Assembly (NCBI GenBank): GCA_023231475.1
Contig: JALJEE010000366.1
Coordinates: 1-64,000, forward strand
Direction of reading: 5' to 3'
DNA from: Seison nebaliae
Lineage: Eukaryota
DNA: 64,000 bases
The translations under genes and the position numbers were made by a program. The notes under the pieces were generated by a model, which was given only the letters and a program-made list of their open reading frames with translations, was not told where the DNA came from and made no database searches. This document shows positions 1 to 11,926 of the stretch, piece after piece; within the stretch, counting starts at the first letter, position 1; each line of letters begins with the position of its first letter.

Positions 1-186
1 ATATTCCAAATAAATAATTTTTTACTTATGGATTTTCCATTAAAACTAAGGATTTTATGTATGAAGAATTGTTGTAACGGAAAATCCATTGGTAGGAAAG
101 TTTCCATTTGGAATATTTGTCAATGAAGAATAAACCGAAGAAATCCAGAGTTTATTGTTGGATTCTTCAAATATTATCATTCATAG

Positions 187-3100
187 AGTGCGATAAAACG
201 TCAATTTATCTACGGAATAAACGACCAATCCCTTTTACGTAATCTGCTAAAAATGCAAAAAAAATCTATCGGCGATCTTATCGATGTAGCGGAAGAGGAA
301 ATGGAATCACGACGTACTATTCAACAAGTCCAAAATAAAGGTCTTTTGGAACGTAGAGAAATAGACACTCATGACCCAATCAACGTTAATATGTCAAATC
401 ACATTAATTCTCACAACAATCGACGCAAAAACAAATATTATATACCGGAATGTAAATTTTGTAAACAAAATTCTTGTCGAGTCCACGAAAGGTCATGTAA
501 ATTCTGCTGGATAGGAAATTGTCGTCGACACGTCTACTTTAAGGACGACAGTTCACACATTCATCAAGAAAAAAATTACTCAAATAAGAAATCAAATCAT
601 CAAATAACCGTCGATTCTCATGCTTTAAACGGAACTGATAAAACTATGGGATCGAACAATTTAATGTTCGCAAAAATAATAACGAACCAATGTCAAGCCA
701 CAGCTCTACTGGACTCTGGATCGTCCATAAGTTTAATCCACATCAAAATGTGCGATAAAACGAAAATAAACGGAAAAACAATCGCAATTAATACTTTCGA
801 TAATTCTTCGTCGCGTTCAATTGGTGAATCCATCATCAACTTCGAAATCGATGATAGGAAAGTCCGGCATAAATTTGTAGTTGTTGATAAAATGAAATAC
901 GATATGATTCTCGGAAATGACTTTTTCATCGAACATCGCATAAACATATTTCCATCAGAAGGTCTTTTGAGATGGAGAGAAGAGATGGACACGACGAACA
1001 GCAAAAATAATTCATCATGTTGCACTATAGAAATCGAAGGTATTGTTCCTGAATGTACCATCGCCCAAATCGAAAGTATGATAAATACCAAAAGTCTGCG
1101 AAATTGCGAAACAGAACACATTATCGATACGAGTGATGCTAAGCCAATTGCTTGTGCCGCCAGACGGGTACCACATAAATGGGAGGAAGAAATGCGCAAA
1201 CAAGTGAAAACGTTAGAAGAAGACGGAGTTGTCAAACGATCCAATAGTCCATGGCGTTCAAACGCTCTATTGGTTCAAAAGACAAACGGTAATTATCGAT
1301 TAGTTGTAGATTACATCCCATTGAATTCTGTAACAGTCAACGATCGCTATCCGCTACCACATATTGATCGAATTCTTACTAAACTTACCGGAAAATTTTG
1401 GTCTTCAACATTGGATATGGCTTCAGGTTTTCATCAGATTCCTCTTCATCCAAATGATAAAATTAAAACTGCTTTCTACACACCGGACGGTTTATTTCAA
1501 TATGAATTTATGCCATTTGGTTTGAAAAATGCTCCGGCAACTTTTCAAAGGTTAATGGATTCGATCATTGGTAACGAACCAGATACGTATGCATATCTCG
1601 ATGATGTCATTTTGGCAACTGAAGGTACAGAGATTGAACATGCCAACAAATTAATTAAATTGATTCAGTTATTGAAAGTCAATGGTTTATCAATGAACTC
1701 AGAGAAATGTCAATTAATTCGAAAATCGGTTAATTTTCTTGGTCGTAAAGTTAGTCATCAAAAGTTTCACTAATCCAAAAATTGCCTACCCCGGCTACCA
1801 AAAAAGAAGTTCGGGCACTAATGGGATTGTTGAACTATTATCGCCAATTTATTCCAAATTTTGCCGAAATATCATCTCCGATTACCGAACTGATGAAGAA
1901 TAACGCAAAAATGAAATGGACAAATATACAAGAGAGAGCAAAAGACATGCTCGTCAAAGCACTCGAAATCCCACCAATACTTCGAACACCAGATTATTCG
2001 AAGCCCTTCATTATTTCAACGGACGCGAGTCAAATAGCGATGAGTGGAATATTGCAACAATCAACGGGAGGAATAGAAATGAATATTGAATATTATTCAA
2101 AACGGTTCACACAGAACGAAACCGGATGGCACATCAATCATAAAGAAGCAGCCGCAATCATCTTCTCTTTAATAAAATTTCATCACCACGTTTACGGGTA
2201 CGAAGTAATTATTCGAACCGATAGTAAGCAAGCGATTACATTACTCAACAACTTTTCAGAAATTGGTAGAGTGGCAAGATGGAGAGAAAGACTATCAATG
2301 TACAACACGAAATTTGAACATATCAATGGGAAATCGAACAATGTCGCCGATGCACTCAGCAGACTGGTGAATTCTATCGAATCTTCAAATAACGCAATTT
2401 TGTCAAAGATTCGGAAGTTGCAGAAACAAGAAAATTGGGAAGTAATTTTGAAAGAAAAAAAAAAAAGTACGAGATAAGATCGGGATTACTCTATGTTATG
2501 TCCGAAGATAGCGCTCGAAACAACCAACGCCGTCTAGTGCTTCCAAATGCTCTCGTCGAAGAAATGATAATGAACGTACACAATGATGAATATTTTTGTC
2601 ATCGTGGTTACAAACAAATGAAACAAAAAATTTGTTCTCAATACTATAACCCACAGTTGAAGAAAAAGATTCGATCAATCTGCTATAATTGTGAAAATTG
2701 TCGTAAAAACAAGATAAGAAATAGAAAGTTGAGGCATAAGATAAATCTGAAAGTTCCACGACTTACGTTCGACGATCTCCAAATGGATATAAAAGGCCCA
2801 TTGATACCATCCCTTCATAATAACACCTACATATTGGTAATGATTGATTCGTTCTCGAAATATATAGAATTGTATCCCCTGAAAAGACATACGGCAAAAA
2901 TGATCATCAATTTTACGGATAAATTCGTTTGCACCTATGGAATCCCAAAGACCATCACAACGGATGCGGGAGCTGAATTCTGTTCAAAAGAGTTCAACGA
3001 ATACTGCCAACAATTAGGAATTTTCGTGAAACATGCGACTCCCGAACATCATCAATCCATTGGTTTAGCCGAAAGAAACATCCGAACAATTTCCGAATTA

Positions 3101-3619
3101 ATAAGAATTACTTGTAGTGAGAAACAGGAGGAATGGGAAACGTATTTAGATAAAATCAAATTTACGTTAAACAACACAGTATCAACAATTACAAATCGAA
3201 CTCCATCAGAAATTGTCTTCCGAAAAATTCCAACTCCACCAAATATCTTTCTTCAAATCAACGCAGATTCACGATATATTAACGACACGATCAAAAACGT
3301 AAAAGAATCAATTGAATCGAATACTCAAAAATATCAAAATCGATTGAACATTCAAAAATACGATAAACTACGAATTGGCGACAAAATACGTATCATATTG
3401 CGTCACATTTCAAAGAAAGATGAGAAGTCAAGGAAAATGTGTCCGCTATACAGTGAACAATTCACTGTTTTAGACGTGCATTCCAACGGAAATGTTAAAA
3501 TGACAAACAAGGACGATTATGTGACTATTCGTCATACTTCTCATCTGGTAAAAGACAAGGAAAATACATCAACCAGGTCCGGAAGAAACACCACTAGAAA
3601 CTACAAACATTTGCTTTAA
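187..3619 (+). pseudogene. gag-pol polyprotein split by frameshifts near 1765 and in the A12 run at 2455-2466, with a stop at 184 in gag
   Basis: ORFs 253-1773, 1782-2477 and 2435-3619 are consecutive pol segments in different frames. At ~1760 the expected GIxPDP segment is missing and KVSLIQKLPTP continues in another frame. Gag-like FIYGINDQSLLRNLL lies upstream of the ATG at 253. Confidence 0.85.
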
Positions 3620-3630
3620 AGGAAAGGCAG
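3618..3630 (+). other. Polypurine tract (PPT)
   Basis: AAAGGAAAGGCAG overlaps the end of the integrase stop codon and directly precedes the TG of the LTR. Confidence 0.8.
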
Positions 3631-4033
3631 TGTTAAGCCATTGGCTTAAATTTTAAATTTGTTAAGGTAGAAGCAAATGTTGATCCAGATTGATCTTCTT
3701 AGAAACGTATGAGATCCACGTGTTTTTCGTTGTTACATTACTTTTTCTTTTTCCCTTCTTTCGACGATTGGGAGAACTTCTTATTATTCAAAATAAATCA
3801 TCTTTCTATCTTTTTTTATATCCAAGAATGGATCCCCCACAACAGGTGGTCGAATTTAAAATAACGTTTAATTTCTGAGCTCACATCAACACACACACTT
3901 GATTTCTGTTCTATCCCTCTTTTCCTCTTCTGTATCTTTAATAAAAAGAATAATAAATTTATATCTATTCGTTTTCACTTTTCCGTTTTTAACCTTCTAA
4001 AATCTCGGTTTAAAACATGGATCCACAACAACA
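3631..4033 (+). repeat. 3' LTR (~400 bp)
   Basis: Starts TGTT right after the PPT, ends AACA (4030 or 4033), and has AATAAA signals near 3940-3956. The partner LTR is not in the window, so the right end is inferred. Confidence 0.7.
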
Positions 4034-4150
4034 GATTAGAAAAGAAATTTTTTTAATTTTAAAATTTAGCTCATCATTTTTTGATTTTAATAAAGAAATA
4101 ATTTGTTCCTTTAATTCTCCGTTTTTAAAGAGTTTTTACATCTTTAGAAA

Positions 4151-7131
4151 ATGTTTGGTAACAATCATCAGAATATTTTCGGTGCGAAGAACTTGACGAA
4201 TGATTCGAATAAGAATCCTAATTCATCGCTTGCGAATTCAATTTTCAGTCAGAAGACGCAAAGTAGCCCAATGTTCGGATCAACTACGTCTACGTCAACT
4301 GGTGCGAACAGTGGAGGAAATAGTGGTTCTCTGTTTGGGAGTGGAAGTAGTAGTTCTGGAATGTTTGGAAGCAATAAATCACCTCTCGTCTCGCAACCTT
4401 TATCAACTGCTTCGACGATTTTTCGTTCCGCCAATTCTGGTGGAGGTATATTTGGAAATAATCAACAAACTACAACTTCCACTTTTGGCGGACAACAGAA
4501 CCAAAAGAATATTTTCGGAGCAAATACCTCCAATTCCTCCGCGTCTAATTCGTTATTCAAGAATAATTTATTTGGAACAAATACCAATAATTCGACACAC
4601 ACTTCTTCTGCAACAACAACAACAGTCAATAATACTGGACAAGGATTATTTGCTTCACTCAATTTAAATAATGCAGGAAATACTACGCCGAATAATCAGA
4701 CAAATCAAAAATCATTATTCGAACCCAAAACGACAACAGGAGGAATAGGAGGAAGTACAAATCTCTTCTCCACAACTTCAACAGTACCAGCAGGAAATAC
4801 TGATAGTGGAATGTCGTCTTTATTTGATAAGAATCTTGACCAACAGAAAAAACCTTCAACATTCTCGTTCAATTCACAACCCACTACTACAACTTCATCA
4901 TTATTCTCTAATATACAATCACAACCAAAACAACCTTCTACAACAGCATCAACAATCCATGTAGTTGCAAGTACTTCAGGAAGTGCGTTTTCTTTATTCA
5001 AAATGAATCCAACAAATGCTAATACAACAACTTCCACTACACCACAAATGTTGAATCTGTTCAATAAAGATTCAGCAAAAACTACTCAATCTACACTTTT
5101 CCCTCAACTGTCAACTACAACGACGAATACTATCAATACTAATACACTTTTCAAACCTCCTGCTACATCTTCAATTTCACAATTAAATTTTAATGTTCCT
5201 ACTACAAATATTGCTAATAAAAGTCAATCATCGTTATCCTTTCTTTCATCAACACCTGCAAAGTTACCTCTCACTTCAACGACGACGACAAATGTCGCTC
5301 TCAATATCAGTTCAGCTACAACTACCTCTCAACCACCAGCGACAGGCGTAAATAATTTGACATCATTGTTCAATAATAAAAGTGCAATCGGTAAACCATT
5401 ATCAATTCCTGCAGTCACTTCAATTCCATCAGTCACGTCCGTTGGATTAGGTGGAGTTCAGGGAATAATTGATTCAACTAAATCATCGACGAATGTGACA
5501 GGTAATGAAGCAGGGGAGAAAAAGGAATTGGTATCAATCCTATCGAATAAAACGAAAAATGAGGAGAAAACAATAGTGAAATCAGAAAATACTCTATCAA
5601 AAAAAGGAACGATCTTTGACGAGAACATTCCCGAAGTTATTATGAAAATGATTAATAATTTTCAAGGGAATTTGAAGATGCAAGTTACATTTCTTTTATT
5701 ATCTTTATTCAATAATCTTATTTTTATTATGAATTACAGAAATCGTTACATGACCAGATTGAGAGTAAATTGAATGAACAAACATCTTCGATTGATGATA
5801 AGACGAAGAAGAATGAAATCGAATTAACTCGAAATGAATTGATGAATCTGTCATCTATCGTTACAACGATCGTTCGAACTAATTTGATAGATAATGAGAA
5901 GAAGATCAACTCGTTAAAATTCGAATCAACTGAAGTTGCTTTTACAATATCTTTCTTTATATTTTATATTGTTTTATTGAAGGAAATGAAAGTTGCTGAA
6001 TTATGTCAGAAATTGAATGGAATGAATCATGAACAAGTGATTGATGGTTCGAATGAGCGTCATTGTATGCAATTATCTCAACAGTTCAAATTCTTTTATT
6101 TAATAAATGTTAAAACTTTTCTTTAACATTCTCTTATCAGATATCTATTGAATATGATGGATAAATTCGAGAATTTGATCGCTCAATATTCCCAACAACT
6201 TCAATATTTGGAGAAACAAGTGGACTATATGTTCAATGCAAATACGAAGAGTCAATCAGATTACAATAATCTACAAAGTTCTCAATTTACTTATATCAAT
6301 GTATTATTATATTATTAATAACTAATAATTTCTTCTCACAACAGTTGTAGTTAATTTAATTCAGAATTGTAGTAAGATTATTGTGACGTTGGGTTCAAGA
6401 ATGTATGTATTAAATTCTGCAGTAGATGTTTGAATTATTCTTACTCAATTTTCTTCTTGACATTTTTCTCACAGAAATTACATGAAAGGTTTATGGAACA
6501 AATGAATAAGAAACAGATAATACATGATCAATTGATTCAAGGGAAAATATTGAAGTTAAATCGAAAAGATTTCGTTTCTTCCAATTTGGCAAAATATCGT
6601 TCTGATGGGAATGTTATTCAATCAATTCCGAATAATATCAATAATGAAACAACGTTAACGAATGTCGATGTTTCCCAGAATGTTGGTGATGTACAAAACA
6701 CTAATTTGAATGATACTCAAAATAAATCGATTACTCATGGAACGATAGGAGGCGTAAGGAAAGGACCAAATTTATTCCCTTCCAACATCGAACAGAAACA
6801 AATGAATCCTTTTTTGACTAGTGGAAATGATGGATCCACCTCCATCTCATCCTTCCCATCAACCCCTCAATTTGGAAAGGATTCGAAACAAAATAAATTC
6901 CTACAAGAGCCCGTTATGAATTCAACTGTTTTAACGAAACAACAGTTAGACAATTCTTCATTTAATGGTAATAGTTTGAGTACTACGATAATGGCAGCCG
7001 GTACGATAAAATTGCCGAAAAGTACACCGTCATTGTTTGGAAGTGACAACAATTTTGCCGGGGCTAATAGTGATTCTTCTTCCATATTTGATGGTAACGC
7101 TGATGGAAAAAGAAAAATTCCTAATAAATAA
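4151..7131 (+). CDS. NUP58: Nucleoporin p58/p45 (FG repeats plus coiled coil), 6 exons; introns 5684-5739, 5935-5982, 6084-6140, 6278-6344, 6428-6474
   Basis: N- and C-terminal FG repeats. The spliced core DENIPEVIMKMINNFQ...LKFESTEEMKVAE...QYLLNMMDKFENLIAQYSQQLQYLE and GPNLF resembles NUP58 (DENLPPVI...LKIETAQELKNAE...YF..LVQQFE, GPTPF). Confidence 0.85.
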
Positions 7132-8375
7132 TTTTATTCTGTTCTTATATTTTCGATTTTGATGATTATATTGAACCGTGAAATGATATCGTTGAAAATG
7201 TTGTTCTTTAATTCTTTTACTCCTCTTGGAAATGTTGATATGATTTTTATAAAATGTTTTTATTTCTTATTTTTTAAATATTTCATTTTTAGATAAGTTT
7301 ACCTTGTTTACTTTCACAACGAGTTTATTATGTTTATTACTTGTTAATCTAGCTTTTAAGTTTTCCGACTATCAAATTTAATCTTAACTGATTGTACAAT
7401 AATGATACTATTAGATTAATTTATGTTGATATTCGATATCTATATTACTTCATGTGTCGCTGAATTGACATCTACATATAGAGCAAAAAAGACCAAAAAC
7501 CAGGTGTAATACTTCGACTTTTACACATCTCTTTAACGTTATTTTTCCTATTTCCATGATTTTTTTGTAGTCAAACGACGGATGCGAACGCGTACCATTC
7601 CCTTGTAAGTTGTTATGTTATTATTATTATTTATTGACAGTGATAGTGCTATCACTTATTATTCTATCACACAGTGAGTGATATAAAATTCGCATGAGGG
7701 ATAAAATTAAGAAAAAAAATATTATGATTGTTAGATTTTAAACATCACAATTATTTGCCGATAATGAAATTTCTAATAATCAAAAAAGGAATAATAAACG
7801 ATTTTCAAATTAATGTTAATTTTGAAATATTTATTGAAAACGGAATAATTATTAAATATTCAAATATAAGTGTGTTTATGACATTATTCCTTCTCTTTCA
7901 TATGAAATTGGTAGAACATCGAATTTATTTGGAGAATAATTCGAAATTTGAAATGAATTAGTAATGTAACTTTTCATAATAGATGATGGACAACGGATAT
8001 GTGGAAAACAAATCGAAACTTATTTAGATGACAAAAACAAATGAATATCTTATTATCTGATTAATCTCTCATTGAATACAGCGAAGGAAAAGAAGAAATC
8101 GGTAAGGCATATCTACAATAATAATTTATTTTAATGATAATGAAACAGATTCCTGATACAGATGAAAATAGTTAAATTTTCATAATTTAGTATGGACACA
8201 ATCGTAAATGAAGACTCATGTAATTTAAATAAATTTTGACGTCATTTGTCTAAGGCCATATTTCGTGACGATACGTCATAAACTTTCATGATTATAGACG
8301 CTAAATAGATAAATCTTCGGATAGTTCAGATTATTCTTGGTAATTGACCAATTTTCTATAGGAAACTTGTTAATC

Positions 8376-11300
8376 ATGAAACACGACGAAGTTCAGTTTT
8401 ATTTGAAATTTAATGGAATAACTAATTGATTTGTGAAGGATTTCTATTTAACGAATGTTAGAGGGTTCAAATGGAATAAGAATAAGCGGATTAATGTGAA
8501 ACAATTAGTGGATGATGAGAATAATGAATATATTCATTATACAGATGCACTAGAAAGACATCGAAATCGATCTTATAATAATCGATCACCTTCAGCTGAT
8601 GAGAGAGTTAGACGAAATTTGGAACGTTTACAAGATGATTCCCGATCATTCTTTCCAACTAAATCAAGAATTGATAATGGTAAAACGGAAAGAAAGTTTA
8701 AATTGAAATTTTATTAAAAATAATTTGTAATATATCTGATTAAGGAAAGCACCAATTACGGCATTGATTGCAGGAATAGCTTTATTGTTTGCTGCAGGTG
8801 GAACGGCAGCCGCTGTGGGTATCGCCACATGTTACTTAACTTTTTTATGTTGGGTAGTTTTTTATTTCTTTCAATTTCAGCGGATAATAACGATAATAAT
8901 AATAATGTTGTAAATAACGGAACGATAATAACAACGACGACCGTGGCACCAACCAGAGGTTAGCACATTCTTTTCCCACTGCCAAATAATTTAGTCTCAT
9001 ATGAGAAATATTTTTAGTAATTTTAACAGTTCATTCATTGCACAATATTTCGGTACCAGTTACGACTTGTAATACAATAGCAGATCAATTGAATGCGGAA
9101 CTGATGACATATTTTAATCGAACTGACTTTGAAGAATCAACATCTATAATACAAACAAGTGTATTTGCCTGTCGGTTGGTTCTGAATTATTAAAAATTAA
9201 TAGAACCTTATTCCGTTCTTAGTAACTTAGGTTCGACAACGATAAACAATACGGAACTGCCAACTGGTTTTGTAAGTCGTATTCCTGGATCTAATATTTT
9301 GGAAACTTCAACGGCAGCGTCAACAATATTAACTGTAACAACTACTGTAACCCCAGCGCTCAATACCACTACAGTGAAAGTCAACACTACAACGACTACT
9401 ACACTACTACTAATCGTTAATACAACGGTAACTACAACTTCTCTACCTGTTGTCAATAAAACAACAGTAAATACGACCACTTCTGCAGAAGTTAGAGAAC
9501 GAGTCAGGCGACAAGAAGAAGAATCCGACGAAGAACAACCTGCAGAAACTGAAAGTGAAACACACGCAGAATCAGCCGAAGGAGAATCGAAAGAAGAAGA
9601 ATCAGCAGAAGAGGAATCGAAAGAAGGGGAATCGAAAAAAGAAGAATCAGCCGAAGGAGAATCGAAAGAAGAAGAATCAGCAGAAGGAGAATCGTCTGAA
9701 GGCGAATCGGCTGAAGGAGAATCGGCAGAAGGTGAATCGGCAGAAGGTGAATCGAAGGAAGAGGAATCAGCAGAAGGAGAATCAGCAGAAGGAGAATCAG
9801 CTGAAGGAGAATCAGCTGAAGGAGAATCGGCAGAAGGTGAATCTAAAGGAGAAGAATCAGTTGAAGGAGAAACCAAAGAAGAAGAGCCAACTGCAGGAGA
9901 ACCGACAGAAGGTGAAAGTGAAATTGAAAACGAAACGAAAGCTGAAAAACCAGAAAATGAAGAAGAAACCAAACCAGAAGTTGAGTCAGAAACACCAAAT
10001 GAAACTAATGCTGAAAACTCAGAAGAATCCGAAAATGTGGGAAATGAACATTTGAGGATTCCGATTGAAAATGCTATAGCGAATGCAGGTGAAATTGCGT
10101 TTGATTTTGATATTTTTTTTGAAACCAATTATTTTGATCCATTTTTTTAGAAATAATTCATTATTGCATTTTTCAATTGATTTCCTTCAAAACACATTAG
10201 CGGTAGATTCGATGGTTCGGGAAGATGTCAACAATTACTTGCAGGAACGATTTCCATCAGATTTTGTTGAAAAATTGAAAGATATAAATGAAACTCAATT
10301 TCCTAAACTTATTGAAGTATATGTAAATCTTGTTTCTTCTGCCAGTTATAATCAATCTCAGATGTATATTCAACTATCGAATATTTTCAGATTTTACCAC
10401 AAGTCTTTCAACCGCAGTTGTTACAACGACATCGACCCCAACATCAGTGGCAAACGTGACCGCGAGTGCTAATCTACGTCAAGCAGTTAAATTACCTTAT
10501 AATCAATTATAATTTTTTAATTATTTCAGTTCATCAATACTCATCAACTCTCCGTCTCTCAAACTGAATGTAATGCGAATAAAGAAGCAGTATTAAATTC
10601 AGTTTATACAAAAAATCATCAAATAATAATCATCAATCATTTCAATATTTAATTTAATTTCACAGATTATAACTACATTACAAAAATCGAATGTGGCCGA
10701 AAATTACGTTTCATCAGTTTTTCAAAATTGCCAGTTAATTTTTCTCCATTTTTCTCATTTATAAATCACGACATAAATGATCCTCAAACTTCAGGTCATT
10801 AGCAGTCGGAACTAAAAGAAAACGTCAAATCTCATCATCTTCATTATTTGTTGTGCAAGATGTTTTCCGAATCAATAATTTACCATCAAACTTATTGTCG
10901 ACCCCACTGACTACTTTCAAAACAATTTTCAATGAGGTAGATCTCTCCTATTATTCTATTTTGTTTAATTCAAGTTCTTTTTTTTGTTAATCAATTTTCT
11001 AAAATTCCAAATATTAGGCAAGGCAGCGCAATTTGTAGCATCAACTGAAACAACTGCTACACCATCCCCTGATAGCAAAGTATTTAAATCGTTCCATTCA
11101 ACAACTTTGGATGAAGTTGCTTGCAACAATTTAACTTCGAAGTTGAAGGATGAAGTTTCATATTTTGATTATTCTTTTAAACCCAATCTTTCTAACTATC
11201 TTTAATCTATTAGGTGGTAAATTATATAAATATAACTCAATTAAAGTCCACATTTATTCAAACGTCTGAAGATGTTGGATGCTCGTTAAAATTAATAATT

Positions 11301-11559
11301 TGCATAATCTTTTAAATTTACATCATTTTCATAGTGATAATATTATGTCTCTCACAATGACACATAGAACGAATTCGTCAACAATTGAACAAATAGAACG
11401 ATCCTATCTGACATCGTTTCCCCAACAAAATACAGGACACTCTTTCAATCAAACAACTTATCCAAATCTTTATAAATATTATACTCAAATATTAAACGGT
11501 TAAACATTAATTATAACCCTTCTCAAATTTTTCTTTTAATTTTAGTAACTACGATTTAA
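8376..11559 (+). CDS. Orphan type II membrane protein: N-terminal TM, three Cys-pair modules (SEA/mucin-like), Thr-rich and acidic repeat insert; about 15 exons
   Basis: The frame stays open across 14 GT-AG introns of 44-64 nt. TM segment ITALIAGIALLFAAGGTAAAVGIA, Thr-rich stretches, and RVRRQ and KRKRQ basic sites. Confidence 0.7.
9568..9915 (+). repeat. Coding tandem repeat, 15-nt unit GAATCNGCNGAAGGN encoding (ESAEG/ESKEE)n
   Basis: Visible directly in the DNA and in ORF 9299-10150. Confidence 0.9.
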
Positions 11560-11926
11560 AATGGAGAATCGACCATCCGAAATTATTAATCATAATAAAA
11601 CTGTTTTCTGAATATTTATTTCTTTTTTCATTCCTTTTTATATTATCATAATCAATCATAATTAATGTTAATAGTTCTTAATAAAATCCTTAACTGTAAA
11701 ATAAAATAAATTCTTAATTGAAAATATTTATAATTATAAATTTTATTAATTAAAATTAATAATCTTAAAATTTTTCATGTCATTCAGTTACACTTTCACT
11801 CATCATGTCTGAAGATTATGAGAATTATGGATAAAATAAAGAATTATTAAGTACATTTGTCTGATGAAAAGAAAAATACGAATAATTCTGATGATCCTAG
11901 AATGAGAAAGAAAATAAGAGTAAAGT

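Larger units (their letters stand above)
1..4033 (+). mobile_element. Ty3/Gypsy LTR retrotransposon, 5' part outside the window, gag-pol disrupted
   Basis: Domain order is PR (ALLDSGSS), RT (LVVDY, YPLPHID, MPFGLKNAPATFQ, YLDD), RNase H (TDAS, KEAAA, VADALSR), integrase (H..H..CxxC, LQMDIKGP, ITTDAGAEF, GLAER), which is the Gypsy order. A PPT and LTR follow. Confidence 0.95.

Noticed and set aside
7639..7656. Palindrome AGTGATAG-TG-CTATCACT, also similar to the inverted hAT end at 27227-27239
   Set aside because: It is short, 20 kb away from the hAT fragment, and has no supporting TSD or element body.
9208..10128. 306-aa minus-strand ORF with (SADSP)n and the 9555-10055 alternative-frame ORF
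   Set aside because: These are shadows of the plus-strand acidic repeat exon, which fits a spliced gene model.
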